From Limisphaerales bacterium (GTDB lineage: Bacteria; Verrucomicrobiota; Verrucomicrobiia; Limisphaerales; JAJOIW01): a stretch of 64,000 nucleotides of DNA. The translations under genes and the position numbers were made by a program. This document shows positions 1-10,900 of this stretch, in pieces; positions within the stretch are counted from its first letter, which is position 1, and the number at the start of each line of letters is the position of its first letter. Location of the stretch: contig CBFHOE010000005.1 in the NCBI GenBank assembly GCA_965657355.1, positions 102,014 through 166,013 on the forward strand, in the 5' to 3' direction. The notes under the pieces were generated by a model. That model saw nothing but the letters and a program-made list of their open reading frames with translations. It had not been told where the DNA came from and ran no database searches.

Positions 1-1330
1 GCGCCCAACACTTCCAGTGCTTGCACTAAATCTCTAACTGGTCAGGTAGGGATTTATAAAAAGCTGACTATTTATTAATTGTATTAGAACCGTCGAGCAT
101 GTCTATGATTTTCATACTATTTCGCATAATATCTATATGGCGATTACGATCCAGAGCCAGCCCTTAGCGTGATAAAAACCCTGACCTTTTTATCTACCTC
201 CACTTGGCAGCTCTGCCTCCAGCGCCTCAAGCATAAATTTCAAATGTTCAAAAGAATCCCTGAGAGCGCGTTAAAATGTCATCTCTAAGTCATCATTGGC
301 TGAATGGTATTCTATGAGCGTGTGTTTTTGGGGTCCCCATGGATGGAATCAAGAATAGGGTAGCATTGGCATCCGAAACTTGGGCCATTAAACTGGCGCA
401 CATCATTTCCGACTATCCCTCGGTAATTTGGAACCCAGCCAGTTTGATCAAAATCCCGGAAAGATTCTTCGAACACTTGGTTAACAAAAGAGTCTCCTAG
501 ATAGGATCTCTGTAGTGCTGGACGCTGGTTCAGACCGGTCCTCTTGAGAATAACACCGCTAATAATATTATGTATTTTATCTAGATTATTGCTAAGTCAA
601 CAAATAGAGCTTATCGCTTTAGTTACCATTAATAGGCGATAACACCACTTTCTATTTTACAAACAAGAAAGCCATCGCGTCAGAACTAAACCAATTACAA
701 CGCCACTCATGCCACCATTAAATTGATAAGCATAATATAGATATGAGCTTAAATTAATTTCCTTTTTCAACTGACCTGGAAGACACAATTCACCTACTTT
801 TTAAGATCCCTCATAAAAATAAACCTGTAATTTTGTGGTTCGATTTTTTCCAACGGCTATTAACCTGACCCAAATTTCTATCATGGAGGATTGTGATAAA
901 AAGGAATGGAGATTCGTTAAAGAGCAATTTGTTGACACCCACCTTTAACAGTAATTTGTCATTAAAAGTCATAAAAAATCTAATCGATAGAAGTCGAATA
1001 GGATGCGGTATTCAATGGCTTTATAGAACTATTGACCACTCTCCTAATTGAAGGATTTTCAACAATACCCTCCCTCTTTTTTCAAAAACTGACAGGAAAC
1101 GTAAGCCATACTTCTGCGGCGTGAGCATCCACAACTTATCAGAAATCGATTAAGGACCGAAACCAATCGAATTAATCATGAAAGAGATTTCATCCTGAGG
1201 AACACTATATACAGCAAAACTAAGCAGTCGGGTAACTGGACACTCTTATTTCGCCCAGGAAAGGTCTGAAATCTTCAGGAAGAAAACCAAGTTGAGAAAG
1301 TGCTCTGAAAAACAATAATGTTAGTTTTGG
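1..1330 (-). pseudogene. Heavily eroded DUF4910-type (M28 aminopeptidase-like, polysaccharide-locus-associated) gene
   Basis: Manual minus-strand translation gives collinear fragments broken by stops and frameshifts: IRVSSYPTA, GS*KVGELCLPGQ..LSSYLYYAYQFNGGMSGVVIG..L*NRKWCYRLLMV..SIC*LSNN..SGVILKRTGLNQRPALQ..GWVPNYRGIVGNDVRQFNGP, EYHSANDDL, FLSR*GL..IIDMLDGSNTI. These match the motif order I recall for DUF4910 proteins (YPTG, LKVGE, NDDLxGVVVG, YRFL, GNDERQFNxP, EYHS, LDG). Boundaries are approximate and the 3' end is at or beyond the window edge. Confidence 0.75.
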
Positions 1331-1695
1331 CAATGACCAAGATTGAATGCTGGCATTATAGGGATTCTGGAATTGCCCAGGATTTCGGTTAATTTTAAAC
1401 CAATTTGTTTTGATAAAGACTCTGCTGGTCCCAGATTTCGGCATCTTTTATCGTTTTGACAAATCATATCAACGCTTCAACATCATAAAGGAAGCAAATT
1501 TATTGCCAAACCCAGTAGATTCCAAAGATTTGAACAAAATAAACCAAAAAAACGCACCTTCCGCCATCTTATATCTAACATGAGATGGGTAATTTGTTCT
1601 TATAAAGAGATTGGAGGCAAAAAATACCGTTTTGCTGGGATGAGGGGCGGTAAGATATTTGGGCAACATTTGCAAGAATCAGATAAACTGTTTGT

Positions 1696-2274
1696 ATGAA
1701 ACATCAAGTTTTTGAAAGATTGAACACATTTTTAAAGAAAGCCCCCAAACTTAACGAGACATGTTACATCGCGCAGGGGGCCGTCGTCATAGGTGACGTT
1801 GAAATGGGCCCATACTCAAGCGTGTGGTTCAACTCCGTGGTCCGAGCCGATATTAATTTTATCAAAATAGGAGAGGGATCAAATATACAAGATAACTCTG
1901 TAATACACCTGGCAGATGACTATCCATGTGTCATTGGCGATTACGTCACTGTTGGTCATTCTGCGATCATCCATGCCTGTAAAATCGGAAATAACTGTCT
2001 TATAGGTATGGGGGCAACAATTCTCGATGGAGCAGAAATTGGAGACGATTGCATTGTCGGAGCCAATGCATTGGTTACGGGCGGCACCAAAATCCCTAAC
2101 GGATCCATGGCATTAGGGGCACCGGCCAAAATTGTTCGTTCACTCAGCAAAAACGAAATTAAATCCATAAAACCCTGGGCAGAAAAATATATTGCCAATT
2201 CTCAATATTATAAAAAAACCCCACCAAAACTTGCAAAATCTCACGACATTAGTGAGAGCTTAAAAAGCAAATAG
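1696..2274 (+). CDS. Gamma-class carbonic anhydrase family (YrdA/PaaY-like hexapeptide repeat protein)
   Basis: VIGDV..SVWFNSVVRAD..IGEGSNIQDNSVIH..TVGHSAIIHAC..IGMGA motifs with three His ligands. Confidence 0.93.
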   Translation: MKHQVFERLNTFLKKAPKLNETCYIAQGAVVIGDVEMGPYSSVWFNSVVRADINFIKIGEGSNIQDNSVIHLADDYPCVIGDYVTVGHSAIIHACKIGNNCLIGMGATILDGAEIGDDCIVGANALVTGGTKIPNGSMALGAPAKIVRSLSKNEIKSIKPWAEKYIANSQYYKKTPPKLAKSHDISESLKSK

Positions 2275-2281
2275 ACAGCAT

Positions 2282-5200
2282 ATGTTTATGGTCTCGCGAT
2301 TTAAACTAATTCTGGTGTTACTTCAAGTCGGGTGTTTAGGAATAGTCCCCTTGCAAGCATTGGATTTAACCCCGTGGCTACCGAAGGAAAAACCCATGGA
2401 GTTAAACAGTAATCTGGGTGTGAGTGTTGTTTCGGGACTTAAAATTTCTAAAGCACCATTAAAAAGCTGGGAAATCTCCAATGCAGTGGAGATGACAGTA
2501 GACTCATCACGAAATATTTTGATTTGTGGTCCAGGGTTCCTACATAAGCTCGAGGTGAAAAATGGAGAATATGGCCAAGCACAGAAAACTGTTCCTTTCA
2601 CAAATCTCGGAATGGACTATCGAGATATTGTCGCAGTAGGCGCGGATGTTTACGCGGGAACAAATCAAGGATTATGGCGTTTCACAGATAATGACGGAGA
2701 CGGCATTTCCGATGGCCACCCTAAACAGATTCAAAAATGGCAACTTAAAAAAAATCACCATTTAAAAATGATTTTATCTCATCACAGGGAAATCCTTATT
2801 TCTGGAGTGTGGGATTGGGTCGGAAGTTCAAAAAGCGCACAAAACGGTGGTAAAATATTGAGATATAACTTATCGACTAATGCGCTATCAAATTACGCTG
2901 ATGGGTTTCACAGTCCAACAGCTCTGGGACGAAATCTTTACGGAGATACTTTTTGTTATGACAAAGGCCAACTTGAAGGGCGTGGTTTACCAGAAATAAT
3001 AGGCTCAAAATTTTATCATGTTTCTCCAAATGGATTCCACGGGTATTCAGAGATCTCTCATTTGGTCCATTATCAGACCGGCCATTATCCAGAATCTGCT
3101 CCATATGCTCATTTCTCTGGTTTGAATGACTATACGGATTTCGAAGAATACAGGCATTACCATCTCCCTGTAGACTTTTTTTACGGAGGGTTGTTCGGTT
3201 GCGACTGGATGAGTGGAAAGCTTATTTATTTTCAACTTAATCCCATTAAATCGAGCTACATACCTCAATCGTTTATTGTAGCAGAGGCATATGAAAAAAA
3301 TGGATGGTCACCAAGGTGCGTTTGCGTAACACCTGAGGGCAAACTCTTGGTTATTAGCTCAGGTTTATCCGGGCCCGGAGGTTTGTATATCGTGCAATCG
3401 GTATTTCCGGCATCCACTCCCAATCCGAAAAGTGAAATCCAAGTTACGATTAACCAACCTCAACCATTTTCTTCATGGTCCTACAAGGAGTGGGGTCCGC
3501 TTGCTCATGCAATTGATGAAGAGGATTTTTTAGACATCCTTATCAAAACAAAGCCGACACTTCTTGAAAAACTGGCAGCTTTGGATTGCTTGATTGTAAA
3601 AGATTTCTCAATCAATGATGAATTATTCGACGAGCTTAAATTATTATTAAACGAGGAAGTGTTTGGATATTTGGCGCAAAGATTAAATAGTAACAAGAAA
3701 AAAACCTCCCCTTATACCTGGATAAAAAACTTAATCTTCAGTCATTCGAATTTCAATATCAGAAAGTCTCTGGACGTATATCACCTAAACACAGATTGGC
3801 TGGCAAATAAGAATCATATTAACAGAATCATCGAGCTATGCTATAGCGAGGACGAGGGGATAAAGTATAGGGCGAGATCACTGATTCAATCAGTCAAAGC
3901 GAATAGAGTATCATACTTACTTAATGATTTTGATTCATTACCGCTTGCTTCCCAAGTCGTACTTTTCCAGAAATTCAGGCAGTATAAAAAGTTGGATAAT
4001 GATGCATCCATGAAGGAGTTAACTCGGATAATCAATTCAACAAGAAATCTAGATATCTTAACAGGATGCCTCTCAGAAGTGTTTTATAACCTTGAGCTGG
4101 ATCGAGATGAGTTTTTCTTACTTAAGAAACCCAATAAAGTTCTCGGAGCCGAAATAAAAGAAGCAATAATTGAAAAATCTCTAGATCTCTATCCAACTTC
4201 AAGAACAAGTCTAAATATCGAGCTTTCACGATTAATGGCAATTATGGAAATCGAGGAAAACATTTTGGCCCAAAGGTTATTTAATCAAATTAACCCTGGG
4301 TTTTCATTTGCTAGAAACGTCCACTACCTAAGAGTCGCTCTGAATATCACAAATGCATCAGACATCCCAAGACGATTCAGAAAGAGGATAGCACAAACAA
4401 TCTTAAAAATTTCAAGGATGGGGGAAAATAAAAATGCATTAGTAAATAGTGTAAGGATCAAAAAAATTAGAAATCTTTTATCTAGATGTTTCAAAAAATG
4501 GGATTGGTTAGAAAAGGAAGTGACCAAACTTCCAGGTTTTCCAACTTTTGAGGATGGCCTTGCTCTTCAATTCGTTAATCCTCCCAACCTAAATGAGTAT
4601 GTGAAAACAATTCTCGCTGAAATCAAAAGCCCATTACTTTTTGATTTTGATAAGGAATTCGTTAGAGCCCTGACAAAATCTCAATTACCGAATAAGATAA
4701 CCACGATCGGGCAACTCTGGAACAAACTTAATTTACGAAAACCCTTGTTGGAACATCTAAGTAGCCGACCAGAAAAGGACTATTTAAATGCTTTTATAGA
4801 AAGCTTGGACAGTGGCGAACCGGAGTGTCAAAAGCTTGCACTCACAGGAATTACCAATATCTCTCCTCAACCTAATCTCGCTGTTTCTCAACTAGCAATA
4901 CTCGTAAGATCAGCTTCGCGAGAGACGACTCCATTGACAAAGAATTTAAAAGAGAAAATTTGGAATTATTTCATCATGCAAGTTCCAGATGAGAACGAAT
5001 TTAAAGTTAATTATGAAGGCGTTGTAAACCTACCCAACGATGAATTCAAAAATAAATTAGTGAATGCATTTATTACCGCTTACCCCAATGATGAGAAATT
5101 TCTCGGACTGGACCCGAATGATGACCCGAAGGCCTGGAAAGAAAAAATGAAATCATCAGATTGGGAATCAGGTGACCCAGAGTTGGGGAAAATGACATTC

Positions 5201-5566
5201 ACCCAAAGAAACTGTATCAAGTGCCATGGTCAAAACTCAAATTTTGGACCATCCTTAAAAGAAATAAGCGATTTGAACATTGAAAGGATATTAAATCACA
5301 CAATTTTCCCTCATGAGTCTATAGATGAGAAATACAAGACCTGGATGGTCCAGTCAGGCCAGTTAAAGTTCATGGGTTTTAAGATTGCAGCGAGCGACAA
5401 AAATGTCATATTCACAATCAATAGTGAGAGTTCTGTGAGACTTAATATTGAAGACCTAAATTTGGCCGAACCCGCCTCATTTAGTCTTATGCCAGGAGGG
5501 CTTTTGGCAGGACTATCGCAAAAACAGATTATTGATTTAATGGCATATATAAAGAACGCGAAATAA
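2282..5566 (+). CDS. PVC-type heme-binding CxxCH protein (membrane-bound dehydrogenase-like: beta-propeller, HEAT-like repeats, C-terminal cytochrome c)
   Basis: Signal peptide, DNDGDGISD motif, C-terminal GDPELGK..CIKCH..GPSL..SLMPGGLL..IIDLMAYI. Confidence 0.8.
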   Translation: MFMVSRFKLILVLLQVGCLGIVPLQALDLTPWLPKEKPMELNSNLGVSVVSGLKISKAPLKSWEISNAVEMTVDSSRNILICGPGFLHKLEVKNGEYGQAQKTVPFTNLGMDYRDIVAVGADVYAGTNQGLWRFTDNDGDGISDGHPKQIQKWQLKKNHHLKMILSHHREILISGVWDWVGSSKSAQNGGKILRYNLSTNALSNYADGFHSPTALGRNLYGDTFCYDKGQLEGRGLPEIIGSKFYHVSPNGFHGYSEISHLVHYQTGHYPESAPYAHFSGLNDYTDFEEYRHYHLPVDFFYGGLFGCDWMSGKLIYFQLNPIKSSYIPQSFIVAEAYEKNGWSPRCVCVTPEGKLLVISSGLSGPGGLYIVQSVFPASTPNPKSEIQVTINQPQPFSSWSYKEWGPLAHAIDEEDFLDILIKTKPTLLEKLAALDCLIVKDFSINDELFDELKLLLNEEVFGYLAQRLNSNKKKTSPYTWIKNLIFSHSNFNIRKSLDVYHLNTDWLANKNHINRIIELCYSEDEGIKYRARSLIQSVKANRVSYLLNDFDSLPLASQVVLFQKFRQYKKLDNDASMKELTRIINSTRNLDILTGCLSEVFYNLELDRDEFFLLKKPNKVLGAEIKEAIIEKSLDLYPTSRTSLNIELSRLMAIMEIEENILAQRLFNQINPGFSFARNVHYLRVALNITNASDIPRRFRKRIAQTILKISRMGENKNALVNSVRIKKIRNLLSRCFKKWDWLEKEVTKLPGFPTFEDGLALQFVNPPNLNEYVKTILAEIKSPLLFDFDKEFVRALTKSQLPNKITTIGQLWNKLNLRKPLLEHLSSRPEKDYLNAFIESLDSGEPECQKLALTGITNISPQPNLAVSQLAILVRSASRETTPLTKNLKEKIWNYFIMQVPDENEFKVNYEGVVNLPNDEFKNKLVNAFITAYPNDEKFLGLDPNDDPKAWKEKMKSSDWESGDPELGKMTFTQRNCIKCHGQNSNFGPSLKEISDLNIERILNHTIFPHESIDEKYKTWMVQSGQLKFMGFKIAASDKNVIFTINSESSVRLNIEDLNLAEPASFSLMPGGLLAGLSQKQIIDLMAYIKNAK

Positions 5567-5629
5567 CATCAGTAAAATTATAAAAAGTCATCCACGACGT
5601 TTGAGATTTGGTCCCAATCATTAAATCGA

Positions 5630-6208
5630 ATGAAGATTAGCCCGAGCCATATAAAGAAGGCCATTGTGAGTATTTGCTTCACCATAATGATCCTCTTGAT
5701 CATTTATGCCATTTCTTACCAACGGCCCTCTGAATTTAGCCCGTCTCAAATAAATACTTGGATTAACCAGGCAGCCGCGTCTTACGAAGTCGACCCCAGA
5801 CTCGTGAAAGCAGTTATTTGGAAAGAAAGTAAATTTTTCCCATATGCAAAAGGGGCCGCGGGCGAACTTGGGCTTATGCAAATAAGACAGTTGGCAGCCA
5901 AGGAATGGGCTACATCGGAAAAAGTAGAACCTTTCGCTCATGGGCATGTCATTCACCCAAAGACCAATACGCTGGCCGGTACTTGGTATTTGAAAAAAAT
6001 GCTCAATAGATATAAGAGCTCCGAAAACCCCATTGTCTACGCTTTAGCTGATTACAATGCTGGCCGCCAACATGTCCTCAGATGGCTGGAAACCTCATCA
6101 TTAGAAGACAGCCAGAATTTCCTGAATAAAATGGATTTCCCAAGTACTCGGCAATATATATTGGATATATTGCAGAAATACGATGAGCTGAGTGAAAATA
6201 ATAATTAA
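5630..6208 (+). CDS. Lytic transglycosylase (SLT domain) with N-terminal TM anchor
   Basis: VIWKESKF (catalytic Glu), GLMQI, YNAG motifs. Confidence 0.92.
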   Translation: MKISPSHIKKAIVSICFTIMILLIIYAISYQRPSEFSPSQINTWINQAAASYEVDPRLVKAVIWKESKFFPYAKGAAGELGLMQIRQLAAKEWATSEKVEPFAHGHVIHPKTNTLAGTWYLKKMLNRYKSSENPIVYALADYNAGRQHVLRWLETSSLEDSQNFLNKMDFPSTRQYILDILQKYDELSENNN

Positions 6209-6274
6209 GCTCATTCTCGAGCTACCCCAGCTGAAGACAAGAAGTGAAAGAATGTCTGAGCATTAAAACTTTAT

Positions 6275-7636
6275 TTACTTACCTAAACAGAATTCACTAA
6301 AGATTTTGTCTAACAAATCCTCGGTAGAAGTCTTCCCTACAATTTCACCAATAGCACCAGTTGCTAATCTAAGTTCCATTGCGGTAATTTCTAATGACCA
6401 CTCTTCTGCCAATGTTTCTTTTGCCTTCACCAAAGATTCTTGAGCCTTCTTCAATAGAACCTCATGTCTGGAATTAATCATGACTTGATCACTAGAGTTG
6501 TCTATTTCGCCAGACCAAAATAAATCCCCAATTTGTTGTTTGAGGCTATCTATGCCTTCTTCTGTTTTGCAGGATAAGGAGATGGGGTTGGGCAAGCCAG
6601 TTTTTACAAATGAAGGATTAAGATCGTGTTTGTTACAAACAGTTATTATATTTTTATTTGCCCATTGTTTATGAAATTCCAGATCTTCTTTATGAAGTGC
6701 GTGTGTTATATCGATTATGTGCAGCACAAGGTCAGCGGATTCAATTGAGGCCCTACTACGCTTAATTCCTTCTCTCTCAATTTTATCATGAGTCTCCCTA
6801 ATGCCCGCCGTATCTATAAAAATAATTGGAACTCCATTGATAGAAGCAAACTCTTCGATAGTGTCACGCGTTGTTCCTTCCACGTCACTCACAATAGCCC
6901 TTTCTTCGCCAAGCAATAAATTCAACAAACTTGATTTACCAGCATTAGGCTTACCCACAATGACCGTTCTGATTCCCTGCCTCAGTAATCGGCCATCCTC
7001 TGCTGAATCAATTAATTTTTGAGAAAAGGCAATTGCATTCAAAATTCTCGTCGAAAGCATCTCAATCGTATCCGGCGCAATATCCTCATCGGGAAAATCG
7101 ATGTGAGCTTCAACATGGGCTAAGACAGAAAGCAAATCATCTCTCACAGTTTCTATTTTCCTTGAAAGAGCCCCTTGCATTTGTTCCTTGGCTACTTGCA
7201 TCGCTTTAGAACTGCGAGCATGTATAAGGTCGTGAACCGCTTCTGCTTGTGTGAGATCTATTCTGCCATTTATAAATGCACGCCGAGTAAATTCCCCGGG
7301 AGTTGCCAGACGAGCTCCTGAGGCCAAAACAGATTCCAAAACCTTTTTCGAAGTCAGTATTCCTCCGTGGCACTGAATTTCCACAACCTCTTCAGCAGTG
7401 TACGATTTCGGGCCTTTCATGATGGCTATCATAACCTCGTCGACTAATTCACCTTGGTAATAAATGAATCCATAATGAAGGGTGTGAGATTTTTGCTTAA
7501 CTAGCTTTTTTTGACCACTAGGAGATTGGTAGATACGGTCGACGAGTAAAAGAGCATCCTTACCTGATACCCTTATGACAGAAAGACCGGCTTCACCTAG
7601 AGGTGTTGCAATTGCTGCTATTGTGTCTTCAAGCAT
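6275..7636 (-). CDS. mnmE: tRNA modification GTPase MnmE/TrmE
   Basis: DTIAAIATP, GKPNAGKSS, GTTRD, DTAG, NKHD, C-terminal FCLGK. Confidence 0.98.
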   Translation of the reverse strand: MLEDTIAAIATPLGEAGLSVIRVSGKDALLLVDRIYQSPSGQKKLVKQKSHTLHYGFIYYQGELVDEVMIAIMKGPKSYTAEEVVEIQCHGGILTSKKVLESVLASGARLATPGEFTRRAFINGRIDLTQAEAVHDLIHARSSKAMQVAKEQMQGALSRKIETVRDDLLSVLAHVEAHIDFPDEDIAPDTIEMLSTRILNAIAFSQKLIDSAEDGRLLRQGIRTVIVGKPNAGKSSLLNLLLGEERAIVSDVEGTTRDTIEEFASINGVPIIFIDTAGIRETHDKIEREGIKRSRASIESADLVLHIIDITHALHKEDLEFHKQWANKNIITVCNKHDLNPSFVKTGLPNPISLSCKTEEGIDSLKQQIGDLFWSGEIDNSSDQVMINSRHEVLLKKAQESLVKAKETLAEEWSLEITAMELRLATGAIGEIVGKTSTEDLLDKIFSEFCLGK

Positions 7637-7646
7637 GTTTAAAAGC

Positions 7647-7901
7647 TCAATCTCTTAAGCATCCACCATTTGTATTGTCATGGTCTCTGCCATCGAGGTA
7701 GTTTATAGCTTTTTCATAACTTTTCTTATGAAGATAATGAAGGAGCTGAGGATCAGTATCTCGCGGCAATTGGTTTGTCAGATCATCAATTACTCCGAAT
7801 AGCTTCACAAAGTTTGGAGCCGCCCCACCATTTTTCATCTGGGCGATGTTTGATTCCAGATTCTTCAGTTCTCTTTGAAGAGATTTTTCGACATCATTCA
7901 C
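7647..7901 (-). CDS. Small hypothetical protein, probably co-transcribed with mnmE
   Basis: 84-aa helical ORF with DPQLLHYLHKKSYEKA, ending 10 nt upstream of mnmE. Confidence 0.7.
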   Translation of the reverse strand: MNDVEKSLQRELKNLESNIAQMKNGGAAPNFVKLFGVIDDLTNQLPRDTDPQLLHYLHKKSYEKAINYLDGRDHDNTNGGCLRD

Positions 7902-7932
7902 AACACAAAAAGCTTTATATTAAGGCCCAAAG

Positions 7933-7956
7933 CCATGCAAGAGATCTCTTGCATGG
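7933..7956. promoter_or_regulatory. Perfect 24-bp palindrome (operator or hairpin) overlapping a -35-like TTGCAT
   Basis: CCATGCAAGAGATCTCTTGCATGG is its own reverse complement; it lies between the A2M stop and the start of the 84-aa ORF. Confidence 0.5.
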
Positions 7957-7978
7957 AGCCCAAGAAATTCGTTTAACT

Positions 7979-10900
7979 CTACTTTTTATCTCCTATTGAC
8001 CACACCTGCTCTAAGCTGTTGCCTTTAATTTCAGGAACGTAAGTAGCCTCACATTTGACAGGGAGCCCATGAAATGTTCCCGGAACTTGAGCACGTGCTT
8101 CATAATCTAAAGACCAAACCCCGGCAGGAAGTTTATCGATAAAGAGAACGCATCTATCATCCCTCCATTCATTATAGGCCAAAATTTTTCTTCCTGGAGT
8201 GCTTACCAGCCTACCATTAGTGTCTTTATGCATGGGAGTAAGCAGAATGCCCCCCCCACTTTTTAGCTTTGTAAATTCGAGACCAGCAGGCTTGAAGTCT
8301 TCGACCATCACGTATTCAAGGTCGACTTTATTTTCTAATCTGACAGTCACATTTATTCTATCGCCACTCGTGGATATTGGCCTGTCGCCAAGAAGATTAC
8401 TACTATCTCTATAACCCATTAAAAGCGTTTTAACCGATTTAATTTTGGATACGGACCTTTTAGCAAAAATTGTATTACCAGATGGTTGAATAGGCTTTTC
8501 AAGAGAATAGTAGCGAGTTTCGATGTTGTAATAAAATGGAGTTTTTTGGGTATGGTTTCTTATCTCGACATTAAAATCGTCTTTACCAAGCAACCCTACC
8601 GGAACTGTGACTGAGCTGGATCCCTTCAAAATGGAAGCCTTATCCATTTTTAAATTTTTTATAATATCACCATTAATGACGACATCTACGTCCAGATCCT
8701 TCTCCAGCTCGCCTGACTCCTTTACATAGGAGGCTAGAGATAAGATTGAGATGGCTGTATCTTTTGTATTATTCCAGCTTCCGGCCCGCCTTTGAGCTAA
8801 TAACCAATTGACAGCAGGCTCGAGTAAAGGACTATTCGGATTGATTTTAGTCAAAGCTTCTATTGCTGTCGACGTACCTTCAACCGCGCTGTCAGACCAT
8901 CGATAAAAAAGACCGTCTTTTCCCCAATGATGCATAGCTGGCGTGTGGCTCCCTATTCCAAGGTTGATAATCGACGAGGTATCAATTTTTATAATTCCGT
9001 TTTCGAGATTTCTGACGAGTATTTCTGCCTTAACTTTGTCACCATGATTGTGGGCAACAAGCGCCAATAATGATCTTGTGTACGCACTAACTTCCTTATG
9101 AGTTTTCCACGCGGCATTAAATCCACTGACTTCTTTTGGGTCAGGTTTTTCATTCGGGTTGAGGGCGACCCGAGACTCTCCAATAGCCCTTAAAGTCCAT
9201 GCTAGCAGATCCGTTTCAGCGTGAATTGATCCGATAATGTTTAATAAGTAATTGCGCCCTCTTTCCAAGTGAGCTCTGTCGATATCAATTCCAGCATCCA
9301 TGGCGAGACTAAGCCCCCAGACAACATAAGAGGTCATATAAATGTCCTCGCTATTCCGCTTCCACCAGCCCCATCCACCAGATGGTTTTTGGAAGTCGTA
9401 AATAATATCCAGTGAGTTTTTAATGACATTTTCCAAATCTTGAATTTTACCTACGGATTTATTATGCCTTGAGCTCAGATATGATTTTTCAATTCCTCCT
9501 CTTAGATGATTTAGGATGTCTTTCTTTTCCAATCCAAAGTCAGTCAGAGTTTTTAAAACAACAACCGCAGGAACAAATCGGCTCATAGTTTGCTCAGTGG
9601 AGCCATAGGGAAATTGAACAAGATAAGGAAGCGCATCCAACATTGTAACGGCCATGGATGGAGTGACTCTAATGACCATGGAGGTACTGTCCTCCATCCT
9701 CTGATCTGGCAGTCGAATTTTTGCTAATGCATTCCCTTGTGTTATTTTACCCGATTTAAAATCTAATTTATCAAACCCATGTGGCAGAATTGATATAGAC
9801 TTCTCAATACCGTCTGAGAAATCATTTGATCGCACGACAGCTTTTATGCTCGCATCTCCTACAGCATCAGCCTTGACTTTAATCTGGAAAATACGTTCTT
9901 CCCCTTTTTCGATTGAAGCAGAGACTGACAACTGTGATTGTTTGTAGCTTAAAAGTGACGAGTCGATATTCCATGTAAATTTAATTTTTTGTGGACTTTC
10001 AGACTGATTCAATACCGATGCTGCTAAAATAGCCTCGTCAGCCGAAATAAGATAACGAGGCATTTCCACTCTTACTGATAGTGGATTATTTGCCTTAACG
10101 GAAGATGTTGACTGGGCAACTATTGAATTACTATCGATAAATCTTCCAACGGCGACCCATTCGGTCAAGCTGTCTGGCATTTGGAACTCTATTTCTGCTT
10201 TCCCCTCTTTATCGGTAATGATGTGAGCCGACCAAAACGCAGTTTTATCAAAATTTGACCTTATGAAAACTTCATCATTGTCTCCTACTGGAGAGGACAC
10301 AGTTTCGCTCACAGATTGCAAAGAATCAGCTGCTTGTCCCATCATCATTGATTCCTCTGCGAGAGGTTGAGCTGAGAAAAATGCATTACTAGCCGGGGCC
10401 GCTGATCGGTTAGCAAAATCTAATCTCGGAGTAGTTTTACTCTTTCGTCTGACAACCCCTTTTTTGAGGCCATTAGCAACGGGGTCTTCATTACCCTCAG
10501 GTGATGGTTTATGTAGGTTTTGAAACTGGCCAAAATTAAGCATCGATTGAAAACGAACTGTGCTGTAGGAACGATCTCCATAAAAGAATTTTTCAATGGG
10601 TTTTGAGGTATCTTTTTGTATGTAATCAATTGATTTGTCATATATAGCCAGAGCTAATTCACCTACCAATGGCTGCCCTTCGTGATCTGAAACTTTGACT
10701 GTCCATTTCGAATTACTACCAGGACGGACCACGTTCTCATTAGGAGTGATCTCCAATTTCGCAATTTTTTGTAGTGGTGGAACGATGACTTCTTCTTGAT
10801 CTCTGAAAGCACTAAAATCCCTTACTGAAACGGCATGGATGAAAAAATTCCTCGCGGTCATTGGGTCGACTTTATATCTCTGAATCGCCGCATTTCCCTT

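Noticed and set aside
1220..1675. Two short minus-strand ORFs (74 and 68 aa)
   Set aside because: No coherent protein features; the end of the first (IRVSSYPTA) looks like part of the DUF4910 remnant, and the second lies in promoter or decayed sequence.
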